DNA of 63,886 nt, filler included, from Octopus bimaculoides (GCF_001194135.2; 10 parts of 9 records of this genome joined end to end with filler, not necessarily neighbours in it), one strand, 5' to 3'. Positions 22,683 to 37,845 are shown, counted from the first letter of the whole stretch. A program made the numbers and translations. Notes: a model not told the origin generated them from the letters alone.

Positions 22683-23517
22683 GAAAAAAGATAGAATGAA
22701 TAATGCAAGCAAGGAAATATCATGCCAGATATTATAGAGAATAATCACGAATACAACGTCAAATAACTCACACGGAGACATAAACAGATCGATGATTGAG
22801 CTATTGATCGCATGTTTGACCAACTAAACAAGCAATGACAGAGCCGATCCTTGACTAAACTATAACGTCATTGCTAAATACTATGGTTATACTCAACGCA
22901 ATCCATTATTAAACCTTATCGTGTCTCTTCAAATATATCACTACTTTCTCCATCTAAATCTTTAAGTTACCGGATCTATCGTACAACTTCAATCATCATG
23001 TCACAACAGTCCTTCAACACCGTCATAATCATTCCCATCATGAATTGAGATATACAGACGCCCGTGTAAATAGACTTTTATACATGTGGTCGGTGGGTTT
23101 GTAGGGATCGAAAATTATTTTGTATTTTATTTAGTTCCGTGTCTTTAACTTCTGAGATCAAATCCAGCGTGGTCAACTTTGCCTTTAACGGGAACAGCTG
23201 AACATTTAACACAAACTACACAAAAAAATCATCAATACGATCATCTGACCTGCTGGGAATAGCAGCCAGATCTTCCTCGTAATTTACAGTATGATTTAAG
23301 GAAAAAAGGAAGAATTCAATAATGATAACATAACAACACGAAAATATGTAATAGCATAAAAATATAGTATATTCATTACTGGAATGTCATTGATCACAGA
23401 TATGTTCGATCATGTCTGATTTGGGCTAAACAGCATTAGCAGCTCTATGAACCTTGTTGTAACAATAGGCAGGCGGCACAAATGAAACTGGAATTTTGCA
23501 ATATTATTTTATTAGTT

Positions 23518-24700
23518 TTACTTGTTTACACGTTTATCGTCTTCAAAGTATTTCCCCATTTGAAGCATCTTCCACTCTTCGAAGCAGTGCTAGAACTCTT
23601 GCGAAGTGATGCCTTTTAATGCCCCGTTTTCTTCTTCACCTCTTCCACATCTACAAAACGTTTTCTTTAAGGACTTTTTTTCCATTCGGAGGAACAAAAA
23701 AGTCACAGGGAGCATTATGGAGGGTGGAGAAGAGGGGTCATGCCATGTTTGGTCAAAAACTGTCTCACACATAGGCAGTGTACGCAGGAGCATTGTCGCG
23801 ATTAAACCACATCTCTTCACTTTGTCACAGGTCGGGGCGTTTTCGTATCACTGCCTCTCGCAAACTCTTCAGAACTGCCAAGTAAAACGTTTGGTTAATA
23901 GTTTGACCAGGAGGAACAAATTCTGTGTGGACAATTCCTTTCGCATCAATGAAACAAATTAGTATCGTCTTGACATTGGACTTCACTTGATGCGCCTTTT
24001 GAGGGCATGGTGACATCGAATGCTTCCATTGACTTGATTGCTCCTTCATTTCTCGGTCGTAGTGTAGCACCAGCCTTCGTTACCAGTAGTGACCTTCGAA
24101 AAAAGGTCCGGATCAACTTCCAACTGTTCTTTCAGTTCACAACATGCATTCAGTCGTGACTGCTTTTGATCTTCCATGAGCAAACAAGGCACAACTTTTG
24201 CTGTGACACTTTTCCTTCGCAATCCTCGCTCAAAATCCGTTGGTAGGAGCTCCTGTACACACCAGTCATATCAACAAGTTCGTCAAATGTTCGGCGACGG
24301 TCCTCCAAGATCAGTTCATGAATTTTCATGATGTTTTTATTCATTCATTCATTCGGGAGGTCGACGGTCACTCTGAATGTGATTGATCTTCAAGCGACAA
24401 GTGGCCATTCTTAAAGCATCGTCCTTGTAAGCTGTTTGAAGCATGACAACTGTTTTAGCCGCCGTTTTCCACAGCACCAAGCAGAATTTTACGGAAGCAT
24501 GCTGTTCCTTCGTTTCTGCCATCGCAAAAGTCGGCGAACAGGGGAGAAGCACTGCAAAACGTAGACTACCACGTGGCAGTATAACTCGACTTGACGACGC
24601 AAGTCGACTGACTGATGCCTGAGGGTTATATCAAGTGGTTGCTAATGACCCAAGCCTGAACTACTACGAGCTTGTTCCCCCACTTTTGAGTACCCTTTCG
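23518..24700 (-). mobile_element. Mariner (DD34D-type) element with near full-length but multiply broken transposase (24522 to 23518)
   Basis: MAETKEQHASVKFC.., YDREMKEQSSQWKH..ICFIDAKGIVHTEFVPPGQTINQTFY..RKRPDL, HDPSSPP/(Y)SP..FFLF..KK.LK, ..NGEYFEDDK. Terminus TA|CGAAAGGGTACTCAAAAG at the right end; left TIR not clearly recognisable. Confidence 0.9.
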
Positions 24701-24826
24701 TACTAGCATAAGTAAAAACTATCTTATTTTCAGAGAAGATACAAAAACCTAAACAAGCCTTCAATAAACGGCATCAACACCACGTTTTTGTCATATTACC
24801 CTTCATCAATATTTTCCAAATATATT

Positions 24827-25040
24827 CTTTTCTACTCTAGGCACAAGGTCCGAAATTTTTGGGGAAGGGGTCAGTCGATTAGATCGATCCCACTACGCAA
24901 CTAGCATTTAATTTATCAACCTCGAAATGATGAAAGGCAAAGTCAACCTCGGCGGAATTTGAACTCAGAACATAGTAGCAGGCTACGTACCGCTTAGCAT
25001 TTCGCCCGGCGTGCTGACGTTTCTACTAGCTCGCCGCCTT
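24827..25040 (-). mobile_element. Full-length family-A SINE with perfect 16-bp TSD
   Basis: ATTTTCCAAATATATT at 24811-24826 and at 25041-25056. Confidence 0.95.
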
Positions 25041-26451
25041 ATTTTCCAAATATATTAGAACAACCTCTTCCACTTGAGCCATCAACACTAATATAACTTG
25101 TACTTTTACTATTAGAATCACCCTCTACGTCGCCAATATTTCACATTTTTACCCTAAGAAAACTAATAATTTTCACCGCAATCATAATCAAAATCACACA
25201 GCATAAAGACGCTCAATCTCACCAAAGCCTCACCTCTTCCATCTACACAAGATGGAACCCTTACACTCGACCTGTAAGAAATGACAGCTAAACTTCACGT
25301 TTGCCATACACTGCCGTCTTGTAAAGAATCGGAGGTACATATTTATCTCTGAGGTGCTTTTCCACTAGGCTTGGAAAAAAGAATTCTATTAATTTTGGAT
25401 TTATTCAAGCAGAACTGAACTGTGGTTAAACAATGATAGCAGTGTTAGTACAACCTGTATTCTCATCAGCATAACTACTTTGTTCCAAATGACACTTTAA
25501 TACCTTCATAAATACCACCACAGAAAACTACGACTAACCGCGCACCAACTACGAAATACTTCTGAAATGTTATCATATATCCACCCCAGGTTTCAACACT
25601 AAGAAGCCCTTACGTGGTCATTCGAACTACAAGATATAACAATCAAATTCCACTTTAATCGAGCGTGACTATCATGACAAAGAAAGAACCTATTACATAA
25701 TGTATTCCAAGATACATTGACTGAAGAGAAGAGGTGGTTGTAACGGCAGGAACACTTTTGCCTTAGTTGTATCTTAGAACTACTAGATATAACAACCAAA
25801 TTCAACAGAAACCAAGAGTCATTGTTTAAACAAAGAAAAGATACACTCACTGAAAATAATATGGGATTCTCAAAACAGGGACACTTATCTCAGTTCAATT
25901 GGATCAGAGCTAAACTGGGGAGAAGTAACAACATAATTATTGCAACCAGCATTTCTTCTATCGCAATTATCCACTTCCAAGCTATCACATTCGACATCAA
26001 CACTTCAAGCCAAACCACAAACAGCATCATGATATTACTCCTAATTTTCATCTACATCACAATGACACCACCATCACCACTACTGAACAGTTAGCAGCAC
26101 CATCATAGCCACCACTACAACTACGGCAACATCTTCCATCAAAACAGCCACGTAAGCCACTATCACCACCACCACCACCACCACCTTCAGTGTCACTAAC
26201 TTCAGCAGTCAAGTCAGCTGACACGTTATTTAGTACTGTTGTTTCGAATTGTCTTCATTACTGTTAGAAATTATTTATAAACTCGTTTGATTTACATTCG
26301 CCACCATTGTCAGAGGAGTTAAGAAATGGTGGGAAGACCCGCTGGAAATTACCCATAAAACACTGCAACAATGGTTATTTACATGTTTGCTAGCAGTTTT
26401 CATGAAATCTTTCTCTTTCTATTTTCCTTTCCCCCTGAATTCTTTTCTCCG

Positions 26452-26535
<84 letters not shown>

Positions 26536-27239
26536 TTGTATTTGTGATGTGTGTGTATGTATGTATACATATATGGATGAATGTATATACATGTGTGAGT
26601 GTGCGTGCGTGTATGCATTGAATATGTTTGTATACACAAAACAATTGTTTCTCTTGTTCTATTGTTTTGCATTCCTTTTGTTCTTTCTTTTGCGTGATGC
26701 ATTTTTATTTATTTTTATTTTTTTTTACTTTCCTTCTTTGTTCCTTGACTACCTGTTTTCCTCATATATTTCTTACTTTATACATGGTGAAATTTGCATA
26801 CCATAAAAAGAAAACATTATTAGAGCTGGGAGACTCGTTACAGCGTTGGAAAAAAATGCTTTGCGGTTTAAATTTTGGCTCTTCACTTCCACGTTGAGAT
26901 CATGCCGAAGTCAACACTTCTTTCACCTTCAAAAATAAAATACCAGCTAAACATTGGTATCAATAATATTGGCTACCACCTTCCTTGCAAATTTCAGACC
27001 TTGTGTCTATATTAGAAACAACTGTAATTGTTATTTTGTCGAATATTGTTCGCTGATAATGGTCCCGTTTCACAAAAGCTTCCTGTATTTGATCCTAAGA
27101 ATTCTTCTTACTTCTTTTTTTAACATCAAAACGTTTTCAGAACCTCAGAACGATTGCCCCATAACCTGACATTGAGGAAAGGTTTGTTTTTAAACATTTT
27201 TACATTTTTTACATATTTTTGGCAACTGCCTGCACGCAT

Positions 27240-27685
27240 GAGAGTTGTGAGCTGAGAGAATCGTTAGCACTCCGGAGAAAATGCTAAAAGGCATTTCATC
27301 CGTCTTTATGTTCTGAGTTCAAATTCCGCCGAGGTTGACTTTGCCATTTATCCCTTTTGGGGTCGATAAAATAAGTACCAGCCAATTAATGGGGTCGATG
27401 TAATCGATTTAAATCCGCCCCCCCCCCAAAAAAATTGCTGGCCTTGTGTAATGTTTGCACGCATAAAGGTGGCGAGCTGGAAGAATCGTCAGCGCGCTTG
27501 ACAAAATGCTAAGCGGCATTTCTTTCATCTGTCTATGGTGTGAGTGAGTTCAAATCCGGCGAAGGATGATTTTTACCTGTCATCTTTTCGGGGTCGATAA
27601 TATAAAGTATCTGTCAAGAACAATAGTCAATGTAATAGACTACCTCTTCCCTTAAAATTGCTAGCTTTGTGCCAATTTTTGAAAC
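27240..27685 (+). mobile_element. Two tandem family-A SINE copies
   Basis: Heads at ~27245 and ~27467; core GAGTTCAAATTCCGCCGAGG and tail AAATTGCTGGCCTTGTG. Confidence 0.9.
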
Positions 27686-27961
27686 AATATTTACACACGC
27701 TGCAAGACACTGCCTTAAAAGTAACAGGAGGAGGAACTCCTCACAGGCTATGCAGCAATAACTTAAGCAAACTACCTAAAATTACTTCCTAACGAAAAAT
27801 ATAACATTCCCTTATTTGCTAAAGTTATGAGACAAAAGAGCAAGGTGACATTACCCAACTCAGAGAAAAGTAGGAGTGGACAATGTGTGTCACTTAAACA
27901 GTATTACCTTAACCTAATTTCTATGTGTGTATTGATTTTTGTACTTGCTTAACGTTGTGAA

Positions 27962-28066
27962 ACATAATCCGTATGGTGCATCCTTAGACTACAAATACAT
28001 AATCCATATGGTGCATCCTTAGACTAGAAACATATAATCCATATGGTGCATCTTTAGACTAGAAAT
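27962..28066. repeat. 35-bp tandem repeat x3
   Basis: ACATAATCCRTATGGTGCATCCTTAGACTASAAAY at 27962, 27997 and 28032. Confidence 0.95.
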
Positions 28067-28733
28067 ACTCAAATTATGTTGCCTATATGCTAAATCCAGT
28101 AAACTTCAATAGTAATCTTTCGAACTCCCAACACGATCACTGATTGCTAAGCATTGCAATTCGCATTCTAAAGCAGGATTACCTGCATTTATGCTTGTAT
28201 TTCCCCTTGCTTTCAGTACATGGTCCATGTTTTATTGTTTTTGACGTTTGCATTTATTTTCTAAAGCTTAATTTTTTGTTTTTATTTTCTTTTTAAGCTG
28301 TTTAACCATTGCGCATCCTGAGGCTACGTACATCGAAACACTTTATTGCGTTTGCATTACCATCTTGGATTCTGTATACTGTGCACTGCTTGACATGTAG
28401 AACCAAAGATTCAGCCTTCATCACATATCCCCAGATACACACTTACTCTCCAACCTTCAGTTGAACTTCTAACTATTAGCCTGCCCTCTTGCCTTCGTTC
28501 TCTTCCTCCTCTTGCTATCTCTTTCTTTTTCATCTACTTCCTTTTTTTTTCTCATTTCCCTCATTATTTTCTCCAACCACTAAACTCCTTTTCTTTCATT
28601 TTATCTCCCTTAGATACTTTCTTTCTCTATCCATGGCTTTATTTCCCTTTCCTTTTCCAATTTCTTCCTACCCCCCACCTCCTTGTTCCTCTCTCCTTCC
28701 TGATTGTAGCCAACAATTTGTATATGTCATATA

Positions 28734-29438
28734 CGAGGTCCGATCAATGAGTATCCGGACTGTTGCCATAGTAACAATGCTAAAGCACGCAGAGCAAAGT
28801 CGCTTAACAAAGATTGACCTTGAACTCTGCTGTGCATGCGCAATAAGTTTTAACGTTCTAGCTCACTTCCGGTGTTTACAGCAGTGCTTGGAATGAAGGT
28901 GTGTAGCGTGTGATCGTCACTTTGACAATAAGAGAGAAAGTTGTCACGGTGATACCTGCTCAGAAGCCTACTCAAAGTTGCAGAAAGTGTACGGAGAGGA
29001 TTGTCTGAGTCGCACACAAGTGTACGAGTGCTTCAGACGTTTCCAAGATAGTCGAAAAATATCGATACTGACGAATATTTTGGGAGACCCGAAACCAGCA
29101 GAACTGAGAAAACATTGCGGGTGTACGTGAAGTTGTGAGAAGAAATTGTCGAATCACCATCGGTGAGTTATCAGAGGATGTGCAGATTAGTTACCGTTCA
29201 GTTCAGTCCATGATCACTGATTTTCTGCTCAACTTTCCCTGTCATGGTCAATACGACAACCACATGCTACACACCTTCCTTCCAAGCACTGCTGTAAACA
29301 GCGGAAGTGAGTTAGAACGTTAAAACTTAGTGCGCATGTACAGCAGGGTTCGAGGTCAATCTGGCCAAGCGGCTTCACTCTGCGTTCTTTAGTTTCGTTA
29401 CTATGGCAACAGTCCGTATACTTATTGATCAGACCACG
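28734..29438 (+). mobile_element. Internally deleted mariner derivative with ~190-bp TIRs and TA TSD
   Basis: TA|CGAGGTCCGATCAATGAGTATCCGGACTGTTGCCATAGTAAC.. mirrored at the right end. The interior keeps an HTH remnant (EAYSKLQKVYGEDCLSRTQVYECFRRF..RRNCRITIGELSEDVQIS). Confidence 0.9.
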
Positions 29439-29455
29439 TATACTTGTGTTAGTGT

Positions 29456-29510
<55 letters not shown>

Positions 29511-29960
29511 CACCTGACATCCTTACTTGTCACCATTGTAAAATCCATCCATTCTTTGGTATTCCAGGTTTTCCCGTCTTCAACGTGGTTTGTTTATATC
29601 CAGTAAACAATGCTTCTTTACCCAAGTGGCGAGCTACACATCAGGAAAAATTCCAAATAACTGCCTATTGGATCAAGCTAAATAAACTGTTGCTCTCTAC
29701 TTACGTATTGATATTTCTCACGTTCGTTTTTACTATCATATATTTTCATGCACGAAAACACACACGCACACCCACATCTTCGTACGTGTATGTGTGTAAA
29801 TGTGTGTGTATGTGTGTGTATGTGTATGTGTCTGCCTACATCACCGCAGGTTTTATAACCCCTTTTCTATTACAGCTTTTGTATTATATTTGTTAACCCT
29901 TGCGGCCGATAAAAAGAATCTACATTATTAATGGCACCATCACTCATACTATCACTACTA

Positions 29961-29982
29961 CAACAACTACTACTACTACTTA

Positions 29983-30048
<66 letters not shown>

Positions 30049-30062
30049 CACTACTACCACTA
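29961..30062. repeat. (ACT)n microsatellite
   Basis: Direct reading; source of the poly-Thr and poly-Leu ORFs. Confidence 0.95.
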
Positions 30063-30712
30063 CAATCTCAGAGAATAAGTGATTTTGTTACAATGCCGAA
30101 GGAAAAAAAATGGAATAGAAAATACCCGGTTGGTGAAGCTGAACCAAAAAGAAGAAATAGAAATGAACATAAATCTTCAAAACATCCTCAATTGGTAAGG
30201 AGGTGTTTCAACAGTTGAACAATAAAGTAAGATGTTACCTACGTTTTTTCTTCTTTTATTGAGGTATATTGTTAATTTTATATTTCTGTTTGTTTATGGT
30301 AGAGGGTTGTAGATTCTAACTTTGAAGGAAATAAAAATGAGCTGCAAAGAATAAAGAATCTGACAATATGTTCATTATAGTTCTCAGTTATTTTTAGACT
30401 GTACAGTAACTGTATTTGTGTTTGAAAAGCTACTGCAAGTGTATGCGTGTACGTGTTCGTTCAATTATGCATGCTTGTGAATCGGTGTAGGGATGTAATT
30501 GTATGTATAGTTGTTTTACCACAGGTGCGCACACAGGGCGTAAAATCTTTCGGATAACAGAATGAGAAAATGATTTGCGTTTATAGAACAATTGTTACAT
30601 TTTACCTTGAACACTGGCAAAGTCTATGAGAAAAAAATTCCTTTGCTTGCGTTAGTATATATGTGTTCTATTTATACTTTTGTTTTCAATTTTCAGTGGC
30701 TCTTAAAATAAT

Positions 30713-30927
30713 CTTTTCTACTCTAGGAACAAGGCCCGAAATTTTGGAGGAGGGAGCCAGTCGATTAGATCGACTCCAGTATGCGACTGGTACTTAATTT
30801 ATCGACCCGAAAAGGATGAAAGGAAAAGCCGAACTCGGAGGAATTTGAACTCAGAACGTAAAGGACAGACAAAATACCTCTAAGCATTTCACCCGGTGTG
30901 CTAACGTTTCTGCCAGCTCGCTGCCTT
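30713..30927 (-). mobile_element. Full-length family-A SINE with degenerate ~15-bp TSD
   Basis: Flanks tggctcttaaaataat / tggcttctgaaataat. Confidence 0.9.
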
Positions 30928-31599
30928 GATGGCTTCTGAAATAATATAAGAAAAATATTCGTAGGAAAAAGTGTGTATATTTTGCATATGCCTTACATTT
31001 CCAGAGGCACAAACTGAAAACTGAAAGAAGAAATGGTATAATAAATTAATAATTCGACCTCAATATGCTATTTGTAAAGTTTTCGACATCCTTCAGTGTA
31101 TGCAATGAAATGGTGGCACCTCCAAATACAAAAAAATATATAAGAAATACGAAAATAAACTAATATTTTTACTCCGGTGTTCAACCGTTCAGACTGCCTG
31201 AGCAATGCTAATCTTAATTCGCGTATTTTTTTGCTTATAAACAAAGCCGAACCATACTGTCGAGAAGAACAATTCATCAATGTAAAACTAGTAAACCGAT
31301 ACTACATACCTTATCACCTAACTTCAGGTGAACAAGTAGATAAATTTAATTCAGGTATCATTTAAACTCGTTATGGAGATGAAATAAAACTAAATACTAC
31401 AATTCATTTAGCCAAGAGATTTAGCGCGCAAACTCTCTTTATTACCATCATTATGCAGTGCTGTTCTTGCTGTTTGATCCGAAGCCGGCTTTGTCCTAGA
31501 AAACTTATTTTTTAACAAAGAGCATCCAATTCATGAAGTTTCCGTATCATAGTCTCTCAATTAAAATGTATCCGCATTACATGTCTATAAGTTATGACA

Positions 31600-32260
31600 G
31601 TAAGACTGAGTGATTAAAGGCTTCATCAATATATGTTTATTGTACTGATGTTGTTAGTGGGGAGGCTGTGTAGAAATGTTGTGCAATTATGGTGGTATTA
31701 GTCGTGATGCAGTGCCGATATTGTGAGCGTTTGATAGAAGCTTTGCTTGAGAGGTAAGTAAAAGATCAGATTTGTTTAGAGTGTGTACGTCCTCTTTGTC
31801 AAGGATACAAGATATTGATAAACTGTGTTGCACAGAGTTCTGTGTCAATATTTTTTAGCAGATAGGAGACACATCTCTCCTTGGGGAGGAGGTATTTCTA
31901 AGTTAGTTGATTGCAAGCTTGCAAGAAAACTGGGAAAGTAAACATTCACAGATTAGAAATAAGGAGGTGAAGAAAATTAAACGGATATGCGTAGGTAGAG
32001 AAGATAGATTACAATGAGATACAACGAGTCAGTCGGAGGGAATACAAGGGTCAGAGAGTTGGTGATAATAAAGAACTGGGAGATGAAGTGATAGATTAGG
32101 AATGATCATCAATGCTTGCTTCATCTGATGAAAGAATAGGGAGAAGGCCTGAGTCGACGATTGATGGGGAGATATTGTTCGTTAGATATGGACTGAATGT
32201 AGCTAAGACGAAAGTACTAGCAGTGCAATTTTCTTAATTTAATAAAAAGGTGGGGAACAA
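31600..32260 (-). pseudogene. Possible very decayed Penelope-type GIY-YIG region
   Basis: Minus-strand remnants resembling TVYQ(I)SC and ..IKRSQYRH..IIAQHF; many stops and frameshifts. Confidence 0.3.
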
Positions 32261-35200
32261 GTATCAGGCAATATAAGAACGGTCTGGTTCTGTGATCTAT
32301 AAAAAAAATACGAAATAAATCAAAAAGAAATAATTATACGACTTGCTTTTATTATACTTTCAGATGATGATCAATAATTCGAAGATAATTCTTTTCCGTA
32401 ACAAAATCATTCATAGAATTGAAACTGGTCTTATGATTCTGTAACGCAGACATTACGGAAAATATGTGCACTGGATTATCACGAGTAGATTTCCAACCGG
32501 AAGAGTTGAATTCAATATACCAAAGTAGCAAAACACTTGTAAATTACACATCTCTATGATTGCTTACAATTGTAAATTATATGATTGAAAAGTAGACATA
32601 GTAATGTTGTACATAGGATATGGACTGCAACTTCTAACTTATTTCTCTTATAATAATATTGAATCAACTACCCTTTCAATTGTAATTGTTGAAAAGCTAA
32701 AATATATAGAAACTTAAAGTTCGAATTTCGTGAATATCTAATCATATAAAATGTTTTTATGAACACAAGACAAATCATTGAAACGATGTTGAAAACATCG
32801 TTTCAGACATGTTGAAAATAAATTGATTGATACGCAGTCTCTATATTTTGCTGGTAGTGGTAGTCGACGTTTGAAAACTGAAAAGCAAAATGAAACAATT
32901 CATAATTTGTATTCTGTTCGAGAAAAGATACTTTGAATGGTGTAATGTATATAGTCAATTATATCTACTGTATATAACGGCAATGTATTTTCTGATATGA
33001 TTAATGTTTCTATACAGATATAATTATCTTAACACTACTGAAGTCACATCGTCATATCATCACAATGTAGAAATTAATGTAGAAGTTTCTTTACACTTTT
33101 GTGAACTTATGAGAGGATACAGTTCAAGAAGAATCGAAACAGCTGTTTGCAATGGAAAACTATGCCTCTGCATGTTTCTTCTTTTAATCTAAGGGGATTA
33201 GGCTATGGAATAATCATGGACCTTTACCAGTGGCGCAGATAAGTATAACTGCCGAGCTTTGATCAATTGACATTTTACTGAGTAGACCAGCACACTGTCA
33301 ATTCCACTATTTGACAACAACGTATAGAAATAAGTGTGTAACCTGTTCAGAACTAAATTAGTCCGTATAGGCACTAGTGAAAATATTTTTCATCGTATAT
33401 GCATGTACTGCACTTCCGTGCATTCACTGTTTCCCTACCTTTCTCATCAGGGGCAATCACTGAAAACGCTTCTATCACTGAATTATATAGTTTTATTTTT
33501 GTTTTGTTTTGTTTTGTTTTTGTTTTGTTTTTTGTCTTACCAGTTGCGCTGTAATGTTGAGAATTGTTTCATTAAGGACAGATCACAGCGTCACTTACGA
33601 GAGACAAATCCATCGAACTCTCCATCGGTCGGCCTGCATATTATCAAATTGTTAAGCAGTAACTCGTTTACACAATTATACACGATCAAGATTTCAAAAA
33701 TGCATCTTTTCTATCTCATAGCAAAATACGCAAACTATCGAAATATTAAGATATATACAATGAGCATATTTTCTGGCAAGAATATCCTTAATCTTAGTTA
33801 TGACTGCTTGTGTCATTTAAGGTGGATCTATATAACGTTTATGGACTTGTTGAGAAGAAAGCTACCTGGAAAATATTCTTATAACTCATTTATGCGAGGA
33901 AGAATTTCACGTAAGTGTTGTGGTTTGTGTTATATGAGAATTTATTGAAATTACTGGGGTGGGTTTGCAGAGTCCTCATAATGTGTCTTTATTATTAATT
34001 TTGTCGAGAAGCCACGTGTTATGACATTACACAGAGTAGACGAATTTTCAGTAAATTTCAGTCGCAGCAGTCAACACTTCTTTCGATATTATATAAGAAT
34101 TTTCAAAAGAAACGTCTTATATTAGTTGCTGCGGGTGGTAATGATACTACTGTTGCTGGTTTTACGGCAGTAGTTTTTGTCCTTGTTGTTCAGAACAGGT
34201 TAACTCTCAGCTAGTAGTCATAGAGGAAAGGATTTCCCATTGTGACCATCCCGTCTCATTAGGTTTATCGTAATTGTATAGCAGTTATAATATAATAATA
34301 TATAATGTAACGTTATAAAACGTAGCTGTATACATAAAGAATATAACGTATTATAAAATAATGTAACTATCGATGGAAACATTAGTAGAACCTATTAATA
34401 GATTGATACATTTTATTTGTATTGTGTCTGTTGTAGGTTTAAGTAGTAGCGCAGAGAAATTTGAAACGGACTACCATTGAATGCTGTTATATGCTGACAG
34501 TATTACTATAATTTCTCTTCAGATATATATCTAACGGGCAACCTCTCCTATTATCTGATACAGAATGAATATATTGAGCCTACAATATCTTTTCTACTGT
34601 AGGAACAAGGCCGTATTGAGCCTACAGTATAAAAACATTTGTTTACAAATATGCGTTATAGTGCTATAGGCATCACTTCTATAGGGGAACATGTATACTT
34701 CGCATTAAAATAAATTGTTACTCTGCTTCTACGTTACCGAATAAGTTTTAAATTGAAAAATTAAAACAGCGCACAAAACTTATCATGGGTTATAAAGCAT
34801 TTGGATACATTGAAAGTAAGTTATACTACATATAAAGAGGATGCTTAAATATAGCAGTAATGTCATTGAAACCATACACAAGTCAAATTATATTTCTTCG
34901 ATATTCGATACCATAATAAATATTATAGGAGTTAAATTGATGGTTGAATGAATTTTGTAACTACTCGCTTATCTATCGTGATCAATTCTACTGTATGTGA
35001 TTTGTTTCTGAGCAAAACACATAAATACTTTTTAATGACTTAGGAAAACGTGGAAAGTCAGTAATTATAACACTAGCAGAACCTCCTAGACCGCTAGGTT
35101 CAATATCGTTGAAGTTCAAAATGAATTTTTGTAATAAATCCTGGTGTAGTATATCCTTGTGTAGTCAATCCAGATGGTAACAAGATGAGAAAGTAGGGTT

Positions 35201-35589
35201 TAGTTAAAGTATTCAGTGCTGAGTCTAAGACGGGAAACAGAGCAGAAGTATCAAAGTGATAGACAAGTTTGGGGGAATATTCAACTATGCATTTCTGAGA
35301 AAGAAAACAGATTATTTGTGAACAGCTGGTTGCAGCATTCTGTGAGTGTATATTTGCCCGTCAATCGGTTTGCTTTGGATGTTTAATATTTATCAGCAGT
35401 ACTGCTTAAGATATGTAAGCATAACTTGATTGTAGGTTCTACTTAAGATTTATAGAGTACCACCTTTGTGTGTTAGGCAGCGATGAGACATCATTAGAGG
35501 TTATATGGCTTAAGCTCAGTAGCAACTTTTAATTTTTTTTTTTATAGTTAGGTTTTATATAGGAGACAGTGCTCGCAGGTACTTCGAGA

Positions 35590-35830
35590 TTAGTGAAATT
35601 GATACAATTAACTTACTGTATAAATGGTTGCATGTCGACGATGCAGGAACGATTCTTATAGGAAGGTAATTCTGGAGAGACGATGTTCTGGAAAGGAATC
35701 ACTTGGTATAGCGTTCAGTTTAGGACTTAAAGGATTCAACATAACATCGATGAAGAGAAAACTAAGGACAAGTGAGTAGAGAGTGCTTAAGTGAAGGAAA
35801 TGCAAAATCTCGAGACGCAGTGGCATTGAA
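35590..35830 (-). pseudogene. Possible decayed non-LTR RT fragment (R4/RLE-like)
   Basis: Minus: YSLVLSFLFIDVMLNPLSPKLN resembles the GDSLSPLLF..ALNPLS..LN motif; catalytic YxDD not intact. Confidence 0.3.
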
Positions 35831-36147
35831 GTAACACCAGAAAAGACGGAGGAAACCGCACGTTTATAGAGCAGAGGCTAGAGCGTGTCTCTGAGTACAT
35901 TTACATCGGTTAGTTTAGTTACCTTAATGTAGATGCAGTTTATATACAAGGTACATGCTTATAGAGGCTGTGTAGATCTGGTGCCTGTTGATAGCTACCT
36001 CTCCGGAAGAAAATATGCTGTCAATGTTTGATAAGCAACCTTTGAATATCTACTCCTACAGGCACCAAGTTCTTGCCCTTTGGAACGGGATACAATATAA
36101 TGTGTTTAAAAAAAAAAGACATTTGAATATATTCCTTCAAAGTGTTA

Positions 36148-36188
36148 AAGACAGACAGACAGACAGACAGACTGACTGACTGACTGAC

Positions 36189-36255
<67 letters not shown>
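36148..36255. repeat. Compound (AGAC)n(TGAC)n(AGAT)n tetranucleotide repeat
   Basis: Direct reading. Confidence 0.95.
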
Positions 36256-37306
36256 AATGACATTATCAAGGCTCTGTTAATCTGTTAGGTTGGAATGAAC
36301 GAATAAATCATTTATATTTGGACACTTTGAGTGCGTGTTCAAATGAAGAAGGAAAAACAAGAGGAGTTTTATTTATTACCGGAGTTGTTGACTAGCAATC
36401 TTAATGCGCAGAAACTATGGAAGCTTTCTTAGATTGAAACAGTGTAGTAGTATTCTGCAAATTAGTTGTTGATCATTTTGGTGAAAGAACACAACGCCCA
36501 GAGGAAATGACGAGGGCGGATAGTATTCAGTTCACCAAGCTAACAAACAGAGGTAGAGATAAAATATTAACTGGAAACTCATATTTTTTTTCACTCATGA
36601 GGAGAAACCAAGCAGACCTAATCCAGTGTTGAGATCTCAATATTTTTGTCTGACTTTTCCTCTTTTCCCCCTCCACCAGTCTCACTTTCTCTTTCAACTT
36701 CTCTGTATGTATGTATCTTTGGAACACCATTAACTTATGACAAACTCCCCTCTGCAAATTTACTTTTAATTCATTTACGACCATACAAATTTTGAGTACA
36801 GCATGAACTTCACATAATCTCATTTATTCAACCTCGACACATATACTGCATTATGTACCAAACCAAAGGAAAAAACTGTTTACCCAGTTATAAAAGTGAT
36901 ATCAAGGCTGGTTATAATATAAATATGAAGTAGTAAAACTAAGTTTGTTTTCCATGGGGCTGAAGGAGGGACCATAATAAAACTTCTAAGCGTAATAAAT
37001 TAAAGCTATATAGTCATAAAATCGATTTATAAGCAGAAATCATAAACTACCAATGATTGGTATTGGTGAAAATTACCTTTGAAAATAAAACATGAACAGT
37101 AAGTTAAGTATAAAAAGTAGTGTTGGTGAGTGAAATGAAAATGATATCCTTTGCAGAAGTAAAACGAAGGACAACTAAACGAAATATATAACAAATATAA
37201 TATGAAAACAAACTTTCAAGAAAAGTTTGTTATTAATAGGGTAATAAATATCGGTACTTCTAGCATCTTGACTCATTCCCAGTGTGTGTGTGTGTGTGTG
37301 TATATA

Positions 37307-37337
<31 letters not shown>

Positions 37338-37589
37338 NNNNNNNNNNNNNNNNNNNNNNNNNNNNNNNNNNNNNNNNNNNNNNNNNNNNNNNNNNNNNNN
37401 NNNNNNNNNNNNNNNNNNNNNNNNNNNNNNNNNNNNNNNNNNNNNNNNNNNNNNNNNNNNNNNNNNNNNNNNNNNNNNNNNNNNNNNNNNNNNNNNNNNN
37501 NNNNNNNNNNNNNNNNNNNNNNNNNNNNNNNNNNNNNNNNNNNNNNNNNNNNNNNNNNNNNNNNNNNNNNNNNNNNNNNNNNNNNNNNN

Positions 37590-37624
<35 letters not shown>

Positions 37625-37801
37625 CACATATATATATGTATACAAACATGCATACACACATATAGATGTCACGTCATATACGTGTATATACAGATCTATT
37701 AGATGTGACTGAAGTAGCACTCTCACTATAAGCGACACACTCAGTCTTTCTCTGTACTGTCTCCCTCACTCTCTAAAGACTCGCATGCAAACAAATACAC
37801 A

Positions 37802-37845
<44 letters not shown>

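Noticed and set aside
27962-28066. 35-bp direct repeats as a CRISPR-like array
   Set aside because: No spacers and eukaryotic context; an ordinary minisatellite.
33334-33948. 204-aa ORF and a possible Helitron helicase-like snippet on minus
   Set aside because: Low-complexity composition, no convincing motif, and stops in the candidate frame.
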